Shown here: one piece after another, positions 44,684-59,792 of the stretch
Layout of the letters: each line of letters starts with the position of its first letter
Position numbering within the stretch: the first letter of the stretch is position 1
Assembly (NCBI GenBank): GCA_951406725.2
Contig: OX597822.1
Location: forward strand, 107,012,001 to 107,076,000
Origin: Octopus vulgaris
Lineage: Eukaryota
Length of the DNA stretch: 64,000 nt
Direction of reading: 5' to 3'
Translations under genes and position numbers: made by a program
Notes under the pieces: generated by a model
Database searches by the model: none
What the model was told of the DNA's origin: nothing
The model's input: only the letters and a program-made list of their open reading frames with translations

Positions 44684-44896
44684 CATATTAATTATTATTT
44701 GGGATCCAATGTTTGAAAACATTATGTCAATGTATTAAACACAAGATCGTAATTTAAAAAAAAATCTTTTGGAATCAAAACTGTACTTTTAAATATATCC
44801 TTTTGTATAGTTTACCTATCTCTCTATTTGTATATCTATTAATGTACCCCACCGCTATCTCTACATAACCATTGATTTACCTATAGCCTTTCCTAC

Positions 44897-44949
<53 letters not shown>

Positions 44950-45909
44950 CATCCACCTTCCCTTTTGCCTATGTATAAATCTCATCTGTTCTCACATTAT
45001 CGATAAGCATTACCGATAACAAGAAAAGAAAAAAGAATAATGTCTGTGCCCCAGCATGACCACAGCTTTTAGGCGGGAACACATAAAAGGTAAAAAGTAA
45101 ACGGTTAACATCCACAGCTATTTGCTCAGGTTATTTCCCTTTAATTTAACTCTCTAATATATATTTCAATATGTAAATTTACATATCTTCATAACATTGT
45201 TTCCTTATGTTACACATTTCAGGGTGAGATCATTAGAAAGTGTTGTGTACTGGGTTTAATTTAATCGACTGAACCCTACCCAAAAATCTCAGCCCTTGTC
45301 CCTATTGTACAAAGGGTTATTAATTTTATGGCAGAGAATCATTTGTGCATCGGATTAAATATTTAGCAGAATTTCTATTGGTAAGTCGCACCAAAATCTT
45401 TGACTTTAATTCTTTCGAATTAAAATAAAGTGCCGGTCAAAAACTGGGGTCGATGTAATTGACTGAATCCCATCTCAAAAGTGTTAGACTTGAGCCTAAA
45501 TATCAAGCAACCATTAATGAGTTGAAATACTGCTGAGGTCAGCTTTGTCTTTCATCCTTTCGAGGTCAACAAAGTACCAAACAAGTACTGAGGTTAATGT
45601 AATTGACAAACCCTTTCTCTAAAAGTTACCGGCCTTGAATCAAAATATGAAACAATTATTCTCATGCTGTAAAGCGGTGGAATGGTAGAATCGTGTCGGG
45701 GACACACACACAAGCATCATGGAAGAACAAGTTTAAGAAGCCACTATGTCTGCGTACTTAGGGCAAAGTACTATAAGACTGAGATTGTTTAAAGATTATA
45801 TAATCCATAATCGTTAGTCAGACAACATATATATTCTGGTTTGCCTATGTCTCAATGGGAGCCTTAGGCGAAGCGCAATATATATTTCGTCGGACTAACG
45901 GATTAAATA

Positions 45910-45911
45910 TC

Positions 45912-45993
<82 letters not shown>

Positions 45994-46456
45994 CATTCAT
46001 CTATCTACCTATCTATCTATATATCCATCCATCTACCTATCTATCTATATATCCATCCATCTATCTACCTATCTATCTATATATCCGTCCATCTATCTAC
46101 CTATCTATCTATATATCCGTCCATCTATCTACCTATCTATCTATATATCCGTCCATCTATCTACCTATCTATCTCTATATCCGTCCTATCTATCTACCTA
46201 TCTATCTATATATCCGTCCTATCTATATATCCATTCATCTATCTACCTATCTATATATCCATCCATCTATCTATATATCCATCCATCCATCTATATATCC
46301 ATCCATCCATCTATATATCCATCCATCCATCTATCTATCCATCCATCCATCCATCCATCCATCCATCCATCCATCCATCTATATATATATATATATCCAT
46401 CCATCCATCCATCCATCTATCTATCTATCTATCTATCTATCTATATATATATATAC

Positions 46457-46534
<78 letters not shown>

Positions 46535-46552
46535 ATATATATATATATATCT
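45910..46552. repeat. (TCTA)n/(TCCA)n compound array with higher-order units
   Basis: Recurring ctacctatctatctatatatccgtccat-type units. Confidence 0.9.
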
Positions 46553-47357
46553 GTATGTATGTGCATGTGTATGTATATGTGTGTGTACGTATTAATATAT
46601 ATATGTATTTATATGTATGTATGTATGCATGTATAATGTAGCTGGGACTTTGCGTAATAAATTAATGTCTTATCCCTTTGCAGTATGAAGCTAAAGTCCT
46701 GCAGAAGACTAGCTACATATTAGGAAAGTTTGTATTGCCGTCATGTTTCAACTAATACCATGGCAATTAGATGGAAGCGTATTTCATATGAATCAATTTT
46801 ATTTATTTTCGTATAAGACCTTTGTTTCCTAGAAATGTTTGTCGAGTAAAGTAAACAAGAAGATACGAGAACACATTTGATATTCTGCTTCGGCAAACAA
46901 TACGAAATTGGACTAAATTGTTTCTGCCGTTAGGAAGATGAAAAGTCGAACGTGTATTACGGCGTTACCATTGTGATAGGCGCCTATCAGCAGCAAATGA
47001 ACTACATTTTTATCCAATTAGATATAGGTCAGTTTCTTGTTAAGGAAGCTTCCATTTACGGGCCACCGTAGTCATTAGTTAATTCAGTATTATTTTGTTC
47101 CATACTACAGAGGTTGCTTCTTTGAGTTTTTCAGTTTATTACGATAGCTTATAGAAACCCCTTTCGCTCCTCTAGCTTAGCAATTTTTTTTCTCAAAACC
47201 ATAGTAAATAATCTAATTTATAGTTCTTCCTCCTCAGCTCTGCTACCGCTCGGCCGTTTACTCATATGGATGTGTACCGCATTACCACCAACCCAAACAC
47301 ATTCAAACTGGTGGTGGTTGTTCTGAGAGAACAAAGGTAACTATATTTCCATTGTTT

Positions 47358-47773
47358 AAGGCGGTGAACTGGCAGGATCGTTAGCACGCCGGGCGAAATG
47401 CTTAGCGGTGTTTCGTCTGCCGTTACGTTGTGAGTTCAAATTCCGCCGAGGTCGACTTTGCCTTTCATCCTTTCGTGATCGATAAATTAAGTACCATTTA
47501 CGCACCGGGATCGATATAATCAACTTAATCTGTTTGTCTGTCCTTGTTTGTCCTCTCTGTGTTTAGCCCCTTGTAGGTAGTAAAGAAATAGGCATTTCCT
47601 CTGCCGCTACATCCTGAGTTCAAATTCCGCCGAGGTCAACTTTGCCTTTCATTCTTTCGGGGTCGATAAGTTAAGTACCAATTACGCACTGGGGTCGATA
47701 TAATCAACTTAATCCGTCTGCCTGTCTTTGTTGACCCCTCTATGTTTAGCCCCTTGTAGGAAGTAAAGAAATA
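47358..47773 (+). mobile_element. SINE-C dimer with 16-bp TSD
   Basis: TSD tatatttccattgttt at 47342 and 47774. Confidence 0.92.
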
Positions 47774-49169
47774 TATATTTCCATTGTTTTTTGTTTTAAA
47801 TTTCTGCTACTCTCTGTCGGCAGGACAGCACTTGAGCCCAGAACACACAGGGCTGCAATAAATACCACAATGAACTGATACTCTAAAAATTTCGCCAGTC
47901 AATATCACTCAGGACTGGGATTGGTACTTTTATTTTATAGATACCGAGCGTACGAACGGTGGAACTCCCTCTGCAGAGAATGGAAACCAATGTCGTTCGT
48001 GAGACATCCTGTTTGTAACACAATACTGCCGCCGTCAATTTTCCGTTATACAACTAAATTATCACTGCTTCTTAGTCTGAGAATTATTCTATTTTCCTTC
48101 AGGCTAGAATATGTTGGGAAGGGCAAGTATTATAGATTGATATAGACGATATATCAATCCAAATAATCAAGTTTATGTCCTTTAACTTCTGTTACAGATA
48201 ATCAGTTCATTAGATATTTACTTCGTCTCTAATCATTTAGATGTTATTAACGATTATCGTTTTTCATCTTGCTCTCATTTGTCTTATTTTCTAAATTTAA
48301 TCTCCCGGAAGCATCTGAGATATTCCCCTCTCTTTCGACAGTCGACAAGATAAACTCCTTCCTTATTTTATGATTCCCTGCGTTATGTAACTTAGATATC
48401 ATCAATTGTATACGATCCATTAGTTAAACAACAGACTGATTTATTTTATAACACCAAAACACCAACGATTGTTAAAAACTTCATTGACGAAAAGCACAGA
48501 AAACACAGAAAAACATAAAATAAAAACAAAACGAAAAAGAAACTAAAACAATAATTTTAATTTATTATTCTTCACTAGGAATAATTTGTTCCAACAAATT
48601 CTAAAGCATTCAAATTTAAATTGATAAAATGTGATTTTTTTTAATTAGTGGTTCACCCATGATATAATTTATACACAAAGTAATAATAAACGACAAAAAA
48701 CTACTAAAAATTCTAATATAAATGCGAATGATATGAAGCATGTGATATCTAATTTGATTGTGGTTAGCTTTGCAGTGCAACACTTGGCGTGTAATATTGA
48801 AATAATGCATCAATGAATCATTTAAAATGGAACAATAAAATTATATAAATAAAAATAAATACGATAAATATATAAAAACTAACAAATGTTAAGTGGTCAG
48901 CAGATGTTTGAAATGCATTATTCTGGTGTGACCAGTTCAAAACAAAATATCCTGACAGAGGTGTTGAAAAAGATTGTTTTTGATTAGCTTTATCATATTT
49001 TCAGTATTTACCCTCTAGCAGTAAATTTCGCGCTTGAGATATTACGCACGGTCCTTTGTAAATTACAGCTTCACATGAAAAAAGACAACACTAGAATTAA
49101 GTCCTTACAATGGTTGGACATCTGTCATATTTACAGAAACTGTGGCTTTAAGTCCCATGAGAAGCCTTC

Positions 49170-49336
49170 GATTTTTCTCCTTTCAAGCAGATTTTTAACC
49201 CCATATTATACCCTCCCCCCTAACCCTAACCCTAAAATAGATTGAAATGCAATAGATCAATACTAGGATCATAATTATGGGTGACAATTTCATATGACAC
49301 CTCTAGAAAAAACTGCAGTTCAAACCGAGAAGATCT
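49170..49336. mobile_element. Degenerate MITE-like element containing (TAACCC)n
   Basis: Weak inverted ends gatttttctcctttcaagcag / ctgcagttcaaaccgagaagatc. Internal cctaaccctaaccctaa. Confidence 0.4.
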
Positions 49337-49705
49337 TTGATTTCTAATATTGTTATAAATCCATACATATATGAGATGAATGGATAGTCACAGTCATTTG
49401 GATTACAGTAATTGAGTTATAAAAATTTCACCCGTAAAAGAAAATCAGATTTTCTCTGGTGGTGTTTGAACTAAAACAGGAAGAGGTTTATATCTGAATA
49501 CCATAAGTTACAGTGTTCGTTTTTCCACAGATTGCATTTTGTATCACAAATGTAACAATTTCAACAAACAAAAAAAAAATTATACAATACGTGCAGCAAT
49601 TGATACACCTATACATGTAGTTTGTATGCTCTCATCTCCGCATTAAACAGCTATCGTGTAATGTCTCCCATAAACAGGTAAACCCATAACTAGATGTGTC
49701 ATATA

Positions 49706-49927
49706 TATTTCTTTATTGCCCACAAGGGGCTAAACATAGAGGGAACAAACATGGGACTAAGTCGATTACATAGACCCCAGTGCGAAACTGGTACTTTATT
49801 TATCGACCCCGAAGGGATGAAAGGCAAAGTCGACCTCGGCGGAATTTGAACTCACAACGTAACGACAGACGAAATGCCGCTTAGCATTTCGCCCGGCGGG
49901 CTAACGTTTCTGCCAGCTCGCCGCCTT
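49706..49927 (-). mobile_element. SINE-C monomer with TSD
   Basis: TSD atgtgtcatata at 49694 and 49932. Confidence 0.9.
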
Positions 49928-50471
49928 ATATATGTGTCATATAGTTTCATGTCACCCATAAAGCAAGGTAAAAAAAATAAACGGCTTTTCCTCTTAAAAA
50001 CCTTAACAGACTTATTGTAAGGCTTACTGTTATTTAAGGCGAGTGTTAATGGTTTTGAATCGATAAATGTTATCGTTGGCGGAATAAAACACTACCAGTT
50101 CAAGAAATATTGAGTTTAGTATAGCAGGTCACAACTAGTTTACGACTGCTTTGTTTGTCTTAACAAAACATAAGGAGCATAGCAGAAATATCGGTAAAAC
50201 ACTCAACCGCTTGTTTGAAGAAGGCAATCTTAGTTAATAAAATTAATGACATTTCCATGTCAAAACTTTCCATCTCCTACTCCAAATTCAGCAATCTATC
50301 AGTCTTTATATATATACCTAAAGAAAGAAAGAAAGAATTTTTTTTTCGCCTTTATCAACATTTACTACTTAGAACTGTAATTAAAAATATTGTCAACAGG
50401 GGCTTCGTATTTGCATATTTTGTCTTTGCTTGTTGTCTCTATGTCAGCAGAGAGATCTTTTCTCTCTCAGA

Positions 50472-50625
<154 letters not shown>

Positions 50626-50644
50626 GTATATATATGTAAATATA

Positions 50645-50689
<45 letters not shown>

Positions 50690-52184
50690 GCATATATATA
50701 TATGTATATACACATACATACACATACGTACACACATACACATATACATACATACACACACGTGCGCTCTCACAAACAAGCACACACACACACACATACG
50801 CACACACATGCACACGTTTATGTATAACATTAATTTACTTTTTAAAATTCTGATAAAACTCCATCATATTAACTTCTGTGTTTCGATTTTGTATGCGGAA
50901 TCATGCTCGAAGTTTCTGTTTGTGAAGCAAACAACTATTTATACCTAACAGTTACACAATCTCTTCTAATTAAATGCTATGCCATAGTTAAAAAGCCCAT
51001 TGACACCAAATCAAATACTTTGAGGAAGCTTCCAGATATTTGACGTGAAACACCATGCGATGAATTTAGTCTGGAAACAAGCAAAAATCTCTTAATTTAC
51101 ACGATTCTCATTATCTCTCTTCGATGGTGTATGATATGGAAATTGTGATTGGAATTAATTTGATGAATGCATCCGGTTACGTCCGATTACAAAGAACTGT
51201 AGAGGATCTAGGTAAAATGCCGGCTACGTGTGGACTTACATTTCCTGAAGGTCTTTGTATTGATGTGGTAATTACGATAGAATAGAACAAGATCCGATTT
51301 GATTGCTTTCTGCATGCTTTCTACATAAGAAAACGATCATTATGAAGCGGATATTAAACTCCAACTCTTAATAATGTTTATAATTATTGTATAATCGAAA
51401 AAAAGGAAAAGAACATTTGGTTGATTTTGTCCGAAAGAAAACACTGGAAATTAATGAATGAAAAGACAGAAGGCGGTGCAGAGAGAGGTGGGAAAAAGAA
51501 GGGAGGGCGAAATTTGCAAGTATCAAAAATTATCAATGATAGAGAAGCTCGTTGTGAACACAGACAGAGGAAAATATAACGGATGATGTTGCTTCCTCAA
51601 ATCTCCAGTTTCTCTTCACCCCGAGCGGATATTGCTTCTCCAACAAATGTAGCCGTTCTCTAGTGTGGTGTAAAAATCCTTTATGTATAAAATGACAGAA
51701 CATTCTTATATTCTTATGTGTGGTAAACGGTGCTGTCACTTTGCGTGCAATCTGAGAATTGTTATATTTAAAGTATCCATTTACTGAAGTACACTGTTGA
51801 TCGAGAAGGACGTGTATATTTCCTGTTCCCATTTCCTTTAAATAAGCATAAAATATTACTTAGGTTAAAAGTGATCTTTTGCTTAAATAAGAATTCTTTA
51901 GGTTCATAATTGGTATGGTGAGCTCTGGTGAACTACTATGTAATATAAACTTTTTAACGTATTCAATCAGCGTTCCGAATATCATGGACTAAACGTCATG
52001 GAGTAGGTATGTGATTAACAAATTGCTCTCCAACCACGTGACCTTGGGAACAGTCTCACGGTGGGGAATTTAGGCAAGTGCCTTTTACTATACCTCGGGT
52101 CGACCCAAGTCTAATGTGAAGATTTGGAAGACAGAACCCGAAAGAAGCACACACACATACATGTATAGATACATATATACATAC

Positions 52185-52227
<43 letters not shown>

Positions 52228-52312
52228 AAATATATACATATGCATATGCAATATATATATATATATGTATACACACACACGCACAAACACACACACACCC
52301 ACACACACACAT

Positions 52313-52357
<45 letters not shown>

Positions 52358-52362
<5 letters not shown>

Positions 52363-52560
52363 AGAGTTTACGAAAGAAACAAAAGACGAAGACAGGTGGT
52401 GTACAAAACAAACAGATGTATTAGTATAACGCTCAGGAATAGAAAAAGTCTTTTAAGTTTCGAGCCTACGCTTTTCTACAGAAAGGGACACAGAAAAACA
52501 AGGCGAGAAACAAGGAAAGAAAAAAAATGTGTGTAGTGGCTAACGATCTATCATGGCGAT
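52358..52560 (-). mobile_element. H-family element
   Basis: Reverse complement of the 24868 copy, flanked by (TA)n. Confidence 0.85.
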
Positions 52561-52565
52561 ATATA

Positions 52566-53124
52566 TTGGGTTGTCCGGAGAGTTCATGCCGATTTATAGC
52601 AGCTTACATTTCGACTTATTTTAGAACATGGTTGAGTCCATAAAATAGGCTTTCACTACACCTCCATTTAGATCACAGTTTAAGCTATATTTTCGTGGGA
52701 AAAAGGTTTATGTTCCTATAATCTGTGTTAATTCTGTAACCCTTTAAAATTGGAAGATAGGAAAGTTAATTTTCGGCACTTGATGTTTTAGGAACCGGAC
52801 AAAAATTGCTGCAGCTCGGCTGGGATGTGTTACCCCACCCTCCATATTCACCAGACATTGCTCCTTCGGATTTCCACTTATTCAGGTCTCTGCAGAATAG
52901 TCTTAATGGTAAAAATTTCAATTTCTTGGATGACGTAAAAAGATACCTTGATGAATTCTTTGCCATGAAACCACCTCAGTTCAGGGAAGAGTATATTTTC
53001 AAGTTAAAGGAAAGATGGAGACGCAATGTGCATCAAAATGGTTCATATTAAAAATGTAATGGCAAGTATCTATTGATCTTTTTCTTTCCTTTAAAAGTTG
53101 ACATGAACTTTCCAGGCAACAAAA
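52566..53124 (+). mobile_element. Internally deleted mariner (DD34D) transposon
   Basis: TIRs ttgggttgtccggagagttcatg / catgaactttccaggcaacaaaa with TA flanks. Encodes LGWDVLPHPPYSPDIAPSDFHLFRSLQNSL..KLKERW..NGSY. Confidence 0.92.
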
Positions 53125-53133
53125 TATATATTG

Positions 53134-53195
<62 letters not shown>

Positions 53196-53489
53196 CATAT
53201 ATATGCATATATGTGTGTGCGTTTGTGTGAGTATGCGTGTGTGTGTGTGTATCTCGCCCATGCATAAATTTGCGTACATCATACAGACTCGACCAAATAT
53301 CACTAATTTTATGCAAGGGACACTAAAATAAGAATAGCAGTAAAACTGAAGTGAAGAATAAGAAAATAGTGCGCGTGGTTAACTGTCAAAACAAAAAAGC
53401 AAAAAGCAAAATTCCCATCTCTAAATATAATAATATTTATTTCAACGCACGATTTCATATCAGGAATTTTGCGAAACAAACGCATAAAC

Positions 53490-53539
<50 letters not shown>

Positions 53540-53594
53540 GCATACATATATGCACATATGTATGTATAAAATATGTATGTATAAATAAATAAAC

Positions 53595-53636
<42 letters not shown>

Positions 53637-53795
53637 GCATACATATATGCACATATGTATATATAAAATATATATGTAACCTTATTAAATCATGCCTCGT
53701 ATATATACACAGATTTATATACGTATATCTTTATATATACATATCTATGTATGTATTTCCCTCTATATGATATGTATGTATAAATAAATAAACGC

Positions 53796-53845
<50 letters not shown>

Positions 53846-53894
53846 TATACATACATATATACATATATATATATATACATATATATATATTCAA

Positions 53895-53927
<33 letters not shown>

Positions 53928-54896
53928 AAGTATATGCATGTATGAAACGTGACTAAATAAGGTTTCAACAGTTTGGTAAAAAAGCAAGGAGAATAAATAC
54001 AGAGATTTAATAGTTTAATTATTTTCACTCACAGTGGTATCCTACAGGAATGTCTGAACGTAACAATACAACAGTGTCTTCGTATTGACTATAAACATGA
54101 AATTTTGCCTTCATGAGAATATTTATTCAAAATTGAGTCTCTGTCATTCTTTATGCAGTGCTACTCGTTCTCTATTAATAGTGCATTGAGAAAAATAGCA
54201 ATATAAATATAAATAAATTGACGTCATCGTTATTGAAATCCAGCTTATATATTTGGGCTGCTACATACACATATTATGCTGTATCAAGCAGACGACACGA
54301 AACATGTATCTATGCAGAGCTTATTTTTAGTAATTATGAATAAAGCGTTTGCTAGTTTCTCCATGTCTTCTGGATATTTTTGTCTTTATTAAATTCATTT
54401 TCAATTTGTCATATTTTGCAAAGACGAAGCCATAGGAAGAGGGCTACCATACTGACATTTAATCTTTTATTGGTTTCTCTCTAAACTATAATATCCATTT
54501 CTGATAATCCTGGAATTACGATGTAATATATCGTACTATGTATCTATTTTTGTATTATAAAACAAACATTAATGTATTTATATATATAATACAATAACAA
54601 AGAAGAATAAATAAAACAAAATACTTGTAATTAAAATTGAAATTATGACACATCAAATACTTGAGTTGGTAATACAAATCGATCTTTATAGAGTTTATGG
54701 ATATTTCCATAGGCCCTCTATTCATGGAAATTGGAAGAAATCAGATGCGCTCAAACATGGAGAGCGCTGCATACCTTTCGGTATAAAATGCCTAACACAA
54801 CGCTTGTAACGACGGTGGTCTATATTAATCTTCCATGAAGAAACTAAGCGCCCGTGGCTTATCATTTGGCCTGTACACGTGGAAAGTTATATATAC

Positions 54897-55499
54897 CTAT
54901 TTCTTTACTACCCACAAGGGGCTAAAGACAGAGAGGACAAACAAGGACAGACAAACGGATTAAGTCAATTATATCGACTCCAGTGCGTGACTGGTACTTA
55001 TTTAACCGACCCTGAAAAGATGAAAGGCAAAGTCGACATCGGCGGAATTTGAACTCAGAACGTAAAAACGGACGAAATACCTATTTCTTTACTACCTACA
55101 AGGAGCTAAACACAGAGAGGACAAGCAAGGACAGACAAAGGGATTAAGTCAATTATATCGACTCCAGTGCGTGACTGGTACCTAATTTATCGACCCTGAA
55201 AGGATGAAAGGCAAAGTCGACCTCGGCGGAATTTGAACTCAGAACGTAAAAACGGACGAAATACCTATTTCTTTACTACCCACAAGGAGCTAAAGACAGA
55301 GAGGACAAACCTGGACAGACAAACGGATTAAGTCGATTATATCGACCCCAGTGCATAACTGGTACTTATTTAATCGACCCCGAAAGGATGAAAGGCAAAG
55401 TCGACCTCGGCGGAATTTGAACTCAGAACGTAACAGCAGACGAAATACCGCTAAGCATTTCACACGGCGTGCTAAGGTTTCTGCCAGCTCACCGCCTTC
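54897..55499 (-). mobile_element. SINE-C trimer with TSD
   Basis: TSD gttatatatacc at 54886 and 55505. Confidence 0.92.
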
Positions 55500-56274
55500 A
55501 AAACGTTATATATACCACTATCTTATATATATATACTTACACTAGTTTCTCACATAATGGTTGTTTTTATTGTGGTTTTTATTGTTTAGTCTTAGGCCGA
55601 CTACACATTACCAGACGTCGCCATGCCATTTGCTTCATGTATCTAAAACTACAGCGTCCACTGAAATGTTCGATTCTCCTCAGAACTTAACCCACGATTT
55701 GAAAGAAGTTAGCAATTAAGTGTAGTGAATGAAACGACATCATCGAAGTTGCACCATCATTGCTTTTTCATATTTTAAATGTAGTTATCAAGAATAAAAG
55801 ATTTCTCTTTTCTGAATCAAAATTATTCGTTTGTCTTATACTTAGTTCTGTCTTTATAATGTTGATACGAGACAACTATTTTGAGATATTAGATAGTAGA
55901 TTTTGGTGTGTAGCTTTCGTTGTAGAAGAATTTGAATAAATATCTCCTGCTAACAGTGGTAAATTGTATTCCTAGGCAATACCTCCTTATTAACGATTGA
56001 CTTACCATCTTAGTCAGTCGTTAGCAATTAAGTGCTCTGGGTACACATAAGAAGTAGAAGCGGAGGTATTATGTTGATACGAACGATCAACCAGCCGATT
56101 AAGTGTTATGAGCCCCTATTCCCTTCAATCATTAAAAAAATTCCTTAGTGTCCATTAAAGTTATTAATTGTGACATATCTGGATGCTCTATTGGAATCAA
56201 TCTGCTGTCTATAAATCCAATATTCAGATTTTCAAGTCGTGTATTTGGGGAACTTAAGGAGAAAATCGCATGTA

Positions 56275-57552
56275 TTAAGTTGTTCCGAAAATAATGGCTG
56301 ATTTCAGAAACATAATTTTATTCAGGAAATATTAACAATAGAAATGTTTTGATTAGTCAAAGTATGAACTCTGAACATGTATGCCTCTCTACCATCGATC
56401 AACGAGATTATTTATGCCTCGTTGATAAAAACGTATTGGCTTTGCTGCTAAGAAATCGTTGAAAGCTGATTCTACCTCTGGTTTGGACCTGAAAGTTTTA
56501 TCACATAAAAACGTACTTAAATGCTTTTAAAAATGGTAGTCAGTGGGTGAAAGATCAGGAGAATATGAAAGATGTAGTAAAGTCTCGTATCCCAAGTCTG
56601 TGAGTTTCTACAGCGTCATTCTTGCAACAAGTGGCTTTGCATTATCGTCGAGCAGAATTGGGTCATGCCGATACACCAATGCAGGTCTCATTTTCTGCAA
56701 GCGAGCATGCATTTCTGCGAATTGATTGCTGTAAACGTCTGCGCTGTAGATTGGCTTCCAGAAAGCTGTAATGGACAACACCAATTGCAGACTACCAGAC
56801 AGTCATCATAATATTTTGCTGATGCAACTTTGGCTTTGAGAAATGTTTGGGGGACTCATCACGATCAAGTCATTGACAAGATTATTTAACCCTATCATAA
56901 AGGATCCACTTTTTGCCACAAGTGATTATTCGGTCAAGAAAAGGATCATTGGTGTTTCGCAGGAAGAACATCGGGCACACCTCAAAAAGCCGAACTTTTG
57001 ATTTTCATTGAGCTGATGCGATACCTATTTATCGAGCCTTTTCACCTTACCAATCTTCTGAAGATTGCATGAGACCGTTGCAATAACGACATCAAGTGCC
57101 TGAGAAATTTTTCTGACACTTTGACGTGGGTTTTCTTCAACAATTGATTTCAATTGATTGTTCATTGTCAAGACTACATGACCGTGCTCTACCTTCTTCA
57201 TATTTACGCTCTCATCACCACTACGGAATTTCTGAAACCATCTTCGTACTGTGCGATCACTACTGGACCCCCCTCCCTATGCTCTGTTGATATTGGCAGC
57301 GGTAGGGAGGCATTGTGCCCAATCTTGAACTCATGCAAGAAAAGTAAGTGAAGGACCATTTTTGTCATGTTCATAATTAAGGGTGTCTATGCTTCAATAA
57401 TGTTTTCTGTCCGAAATAAGTAGAAAATTATTAAAGAGCATGCATCAATTATTAAGTATGTCGTAATTCACCTAAAATATAATTAGAATACTATGATAAA
57501 ATTTCGTTTCAAAACAACACTTAGAACGGACATTATTTTCGGACAAACCTAA
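56275..57552 (-). mobile_element. Full-length but degenerate mariner transposon (~1.28 kb)
   Basis: TIRs ttaagtttgttccgaaaataatg / cattattttcggacaaacctaa with TA flanks. Motifs IGKVKRLDK*VSHQL, RIITCGKKWILYD, PILLDDNAKP, YSPDLSPTDYHF. Confidence 0.92.
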
Positions 57553-59309
57553 TATTTTGTCATGGCAAATACTGGCATCTCCCGTACAAGGTAATCGATG
57601 CTCAGACTAACTTAGGTACTCATGTTATAAAACAAAGCAACAAAAGGAAAAAGAAACAAACGTTCATGTGGGTGACACATTGAGCGAGAGTCAAATGGTC
57701 ACTCCATAACTCTTCACTAAATAACACCAGTTTACTAAACATCATTTTCCTGTTTTCAGACACACAAAGATAAAAATTTCGTTGAAAATATGAAGCAAAT
57801 TTTTTCAAGCATGATGGTCAAGTTGGTAAATGTCAATGGGCAAATATCTGTGTGGTTTCGAAACGTACTCGTTCTAATGAAACTCGGATTTTTATGTTTC
57901 TTTCTTGGTTTCAGTCATTCAGATGCGGGTATTTGGGGGCCACGGTATTTTCTATCAGGCTCGGTATTTTCTTTGATATTATGTTATCAATCTTGCGGGA
58001 GGGCGGGCTGAGAGTTCGAACAGAAGTAAAGTGAAGCAATAGAGACGGAATTAATGCAGCATGGTATTTTAGTTTGGTGCACCAATCTATTGCCTTATAT
58101 TCTTAATGCATTTAATACATGAGTTTCAGATCAATATGTAAGAGAACAAGAGGAATTCATATTTTACACAACATCTTTCTCAGAACATTTCCAAATATAT
58201 ATACAATACACTAAAATACACGTTTCATATATAGATTTAGGCAGTTTATAACAAGATTTCGACAGTTTATATCCAAGCGGATAGGACATAGCTAAAAGGA
58301 GAAGAAAATATTAAGTAATGAGAGGGTTAGAGAAAGAGAGGGACAGAAAGTGATTAGTAGAGAAAATGAACCGTGGTGTAGGAATAAGAATATGGAAGGG
58401 AAGACATATGTAAACTTCATCTGGAACTGAGTTCAATGCCGCTTCATATATCATAAGTCTTTATAGCGGAGTTTATTCTATCTAAATCATTCAGATCGGA
58501 AGCGCATTTCAGTGTTTCAAAATTTTCCTTTCATTCCTCACAAATCCAACAATATACCCATTGACGCTGATTTCCCAGTTTTTTGGCTAACCCATAAACG
58601 TATACCCTCAACGAAATAAGCGCTGTATTTACAATGACAATGCTATTGTAAAAATAAAATATTTATATTTAATCCGACAAACATGGTTAACACGAATTTT
58701 GTCTCCCACATTTTACATCAGTCGATACTATAACACTTGTGTTGTTTTCAAAATCGCAACTTTGCTTCGTGGGGTGGGGTGCGGAGGGTAGTGTTGTGCT
58801 TAAAACGATCTTATATATTTCACATAATTTCTTATCGGTGTGTTTATTTCGGAATTCAGAATCACCTGGGGCCAAGTTTGTGTTCCAAATATTTGCTATC
58901 GTTAAAATAAATACGAATGCTAAAGTATTTGAGCCGAGTCGTTATATACTCCATTTTGTTTTCGTAAAAAGAGAATATTGATATTGAGGTTAAGAGGTTA
59001 CAAAAATATCAATATTAATTACATTGAGAAAATTCATAGATCTGTAAATTTTAGTCGATTGCATTGATCTAAATACATGCCTCGAACTTATTTCATCGAC
59101 CACTGGTGTGATGGCAATGAAAGTTAAGCTCAATAATATTTGAACTGAAGTATAGAACGCCGAAATTTAACATTGAAAAACTTTTAATCCGGTGCTAAAA
59201 CGTTTCTGCCACTTCACTGCGTTTTATCAATTTATACATTTTATTTAAAATAAAAAATAACATCGACCAACTAAATTATTATTGGAAAAATTTTCTCAAA
59301 CATAACAGT

Positions 59310-59342
<33 letters not shown>

Positions 59343-59553
59343 ATGAAACATCGATGACTTTCACACCTAGAAGGGTCGTGATGTGAGTTGTTTCTTTGCT
59401 TATGACTTACTTTCAGGTGTTTTAACACAAGGGACATTGAAAACAAAATTTACCTTTAAAAAAACAGAGCCGAACCACGAATTAACAACACACTCATCTT
59501 GAGTATGTGTGTTCGATTTTGAAACATACCCCGAGCTACTTCTGATTCTTATT

Positions 59554-59600
<47 letters not shown>

Positions 59601-59604
<4 letters not shown>

Positions 59605-59792
59605 GAAAAGTTTACGAAAATAAACAAAAGACGAAGGCAGCTGGAGTACAAACAAACAAATGTATTAGTATAGCGCTCAGGAATAGATAACGTCTTTTAC
59701 GTTTCGAGCCTACGCTCTTCGACAGAAAGATACACAGAAAAAAACAAGGAGAGAAAGAAATGCGTGTAGGAGCTAAAGATCTATCATGGCGT
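59601..59792 (-). mobile_element. H-family element (CTGTCGA core)
   Basis: Minus 59729-59694 reads cttt-CTGTCGA-A-GAGC-gtag-GCTC-GAAA-CG-TA-aaag. Confidence 0.85.

Noticed and set aside
49219-49236. Telomeric TAACCC repeats
   Set aside because: Fewer than three units, internal to a probable MITE
51533-51832. 99-aa non-repetitive minus-strand ORF
   Set aside because: No recognisable motif or convincing splice context, and the length is compatible with chance
52806-53051. Domesticated SETMAR-like transposase gene
   Set aside because: It is only the C-terminal third, inside a TIR-bounded, internally deleted mariner
54897-55499. Regularly spaced repeats resembling a CRISPR array
   Set aside because: The units are contiguous SINE multimers without unique spacers, there are no cas genes, and the context is eukaryotic
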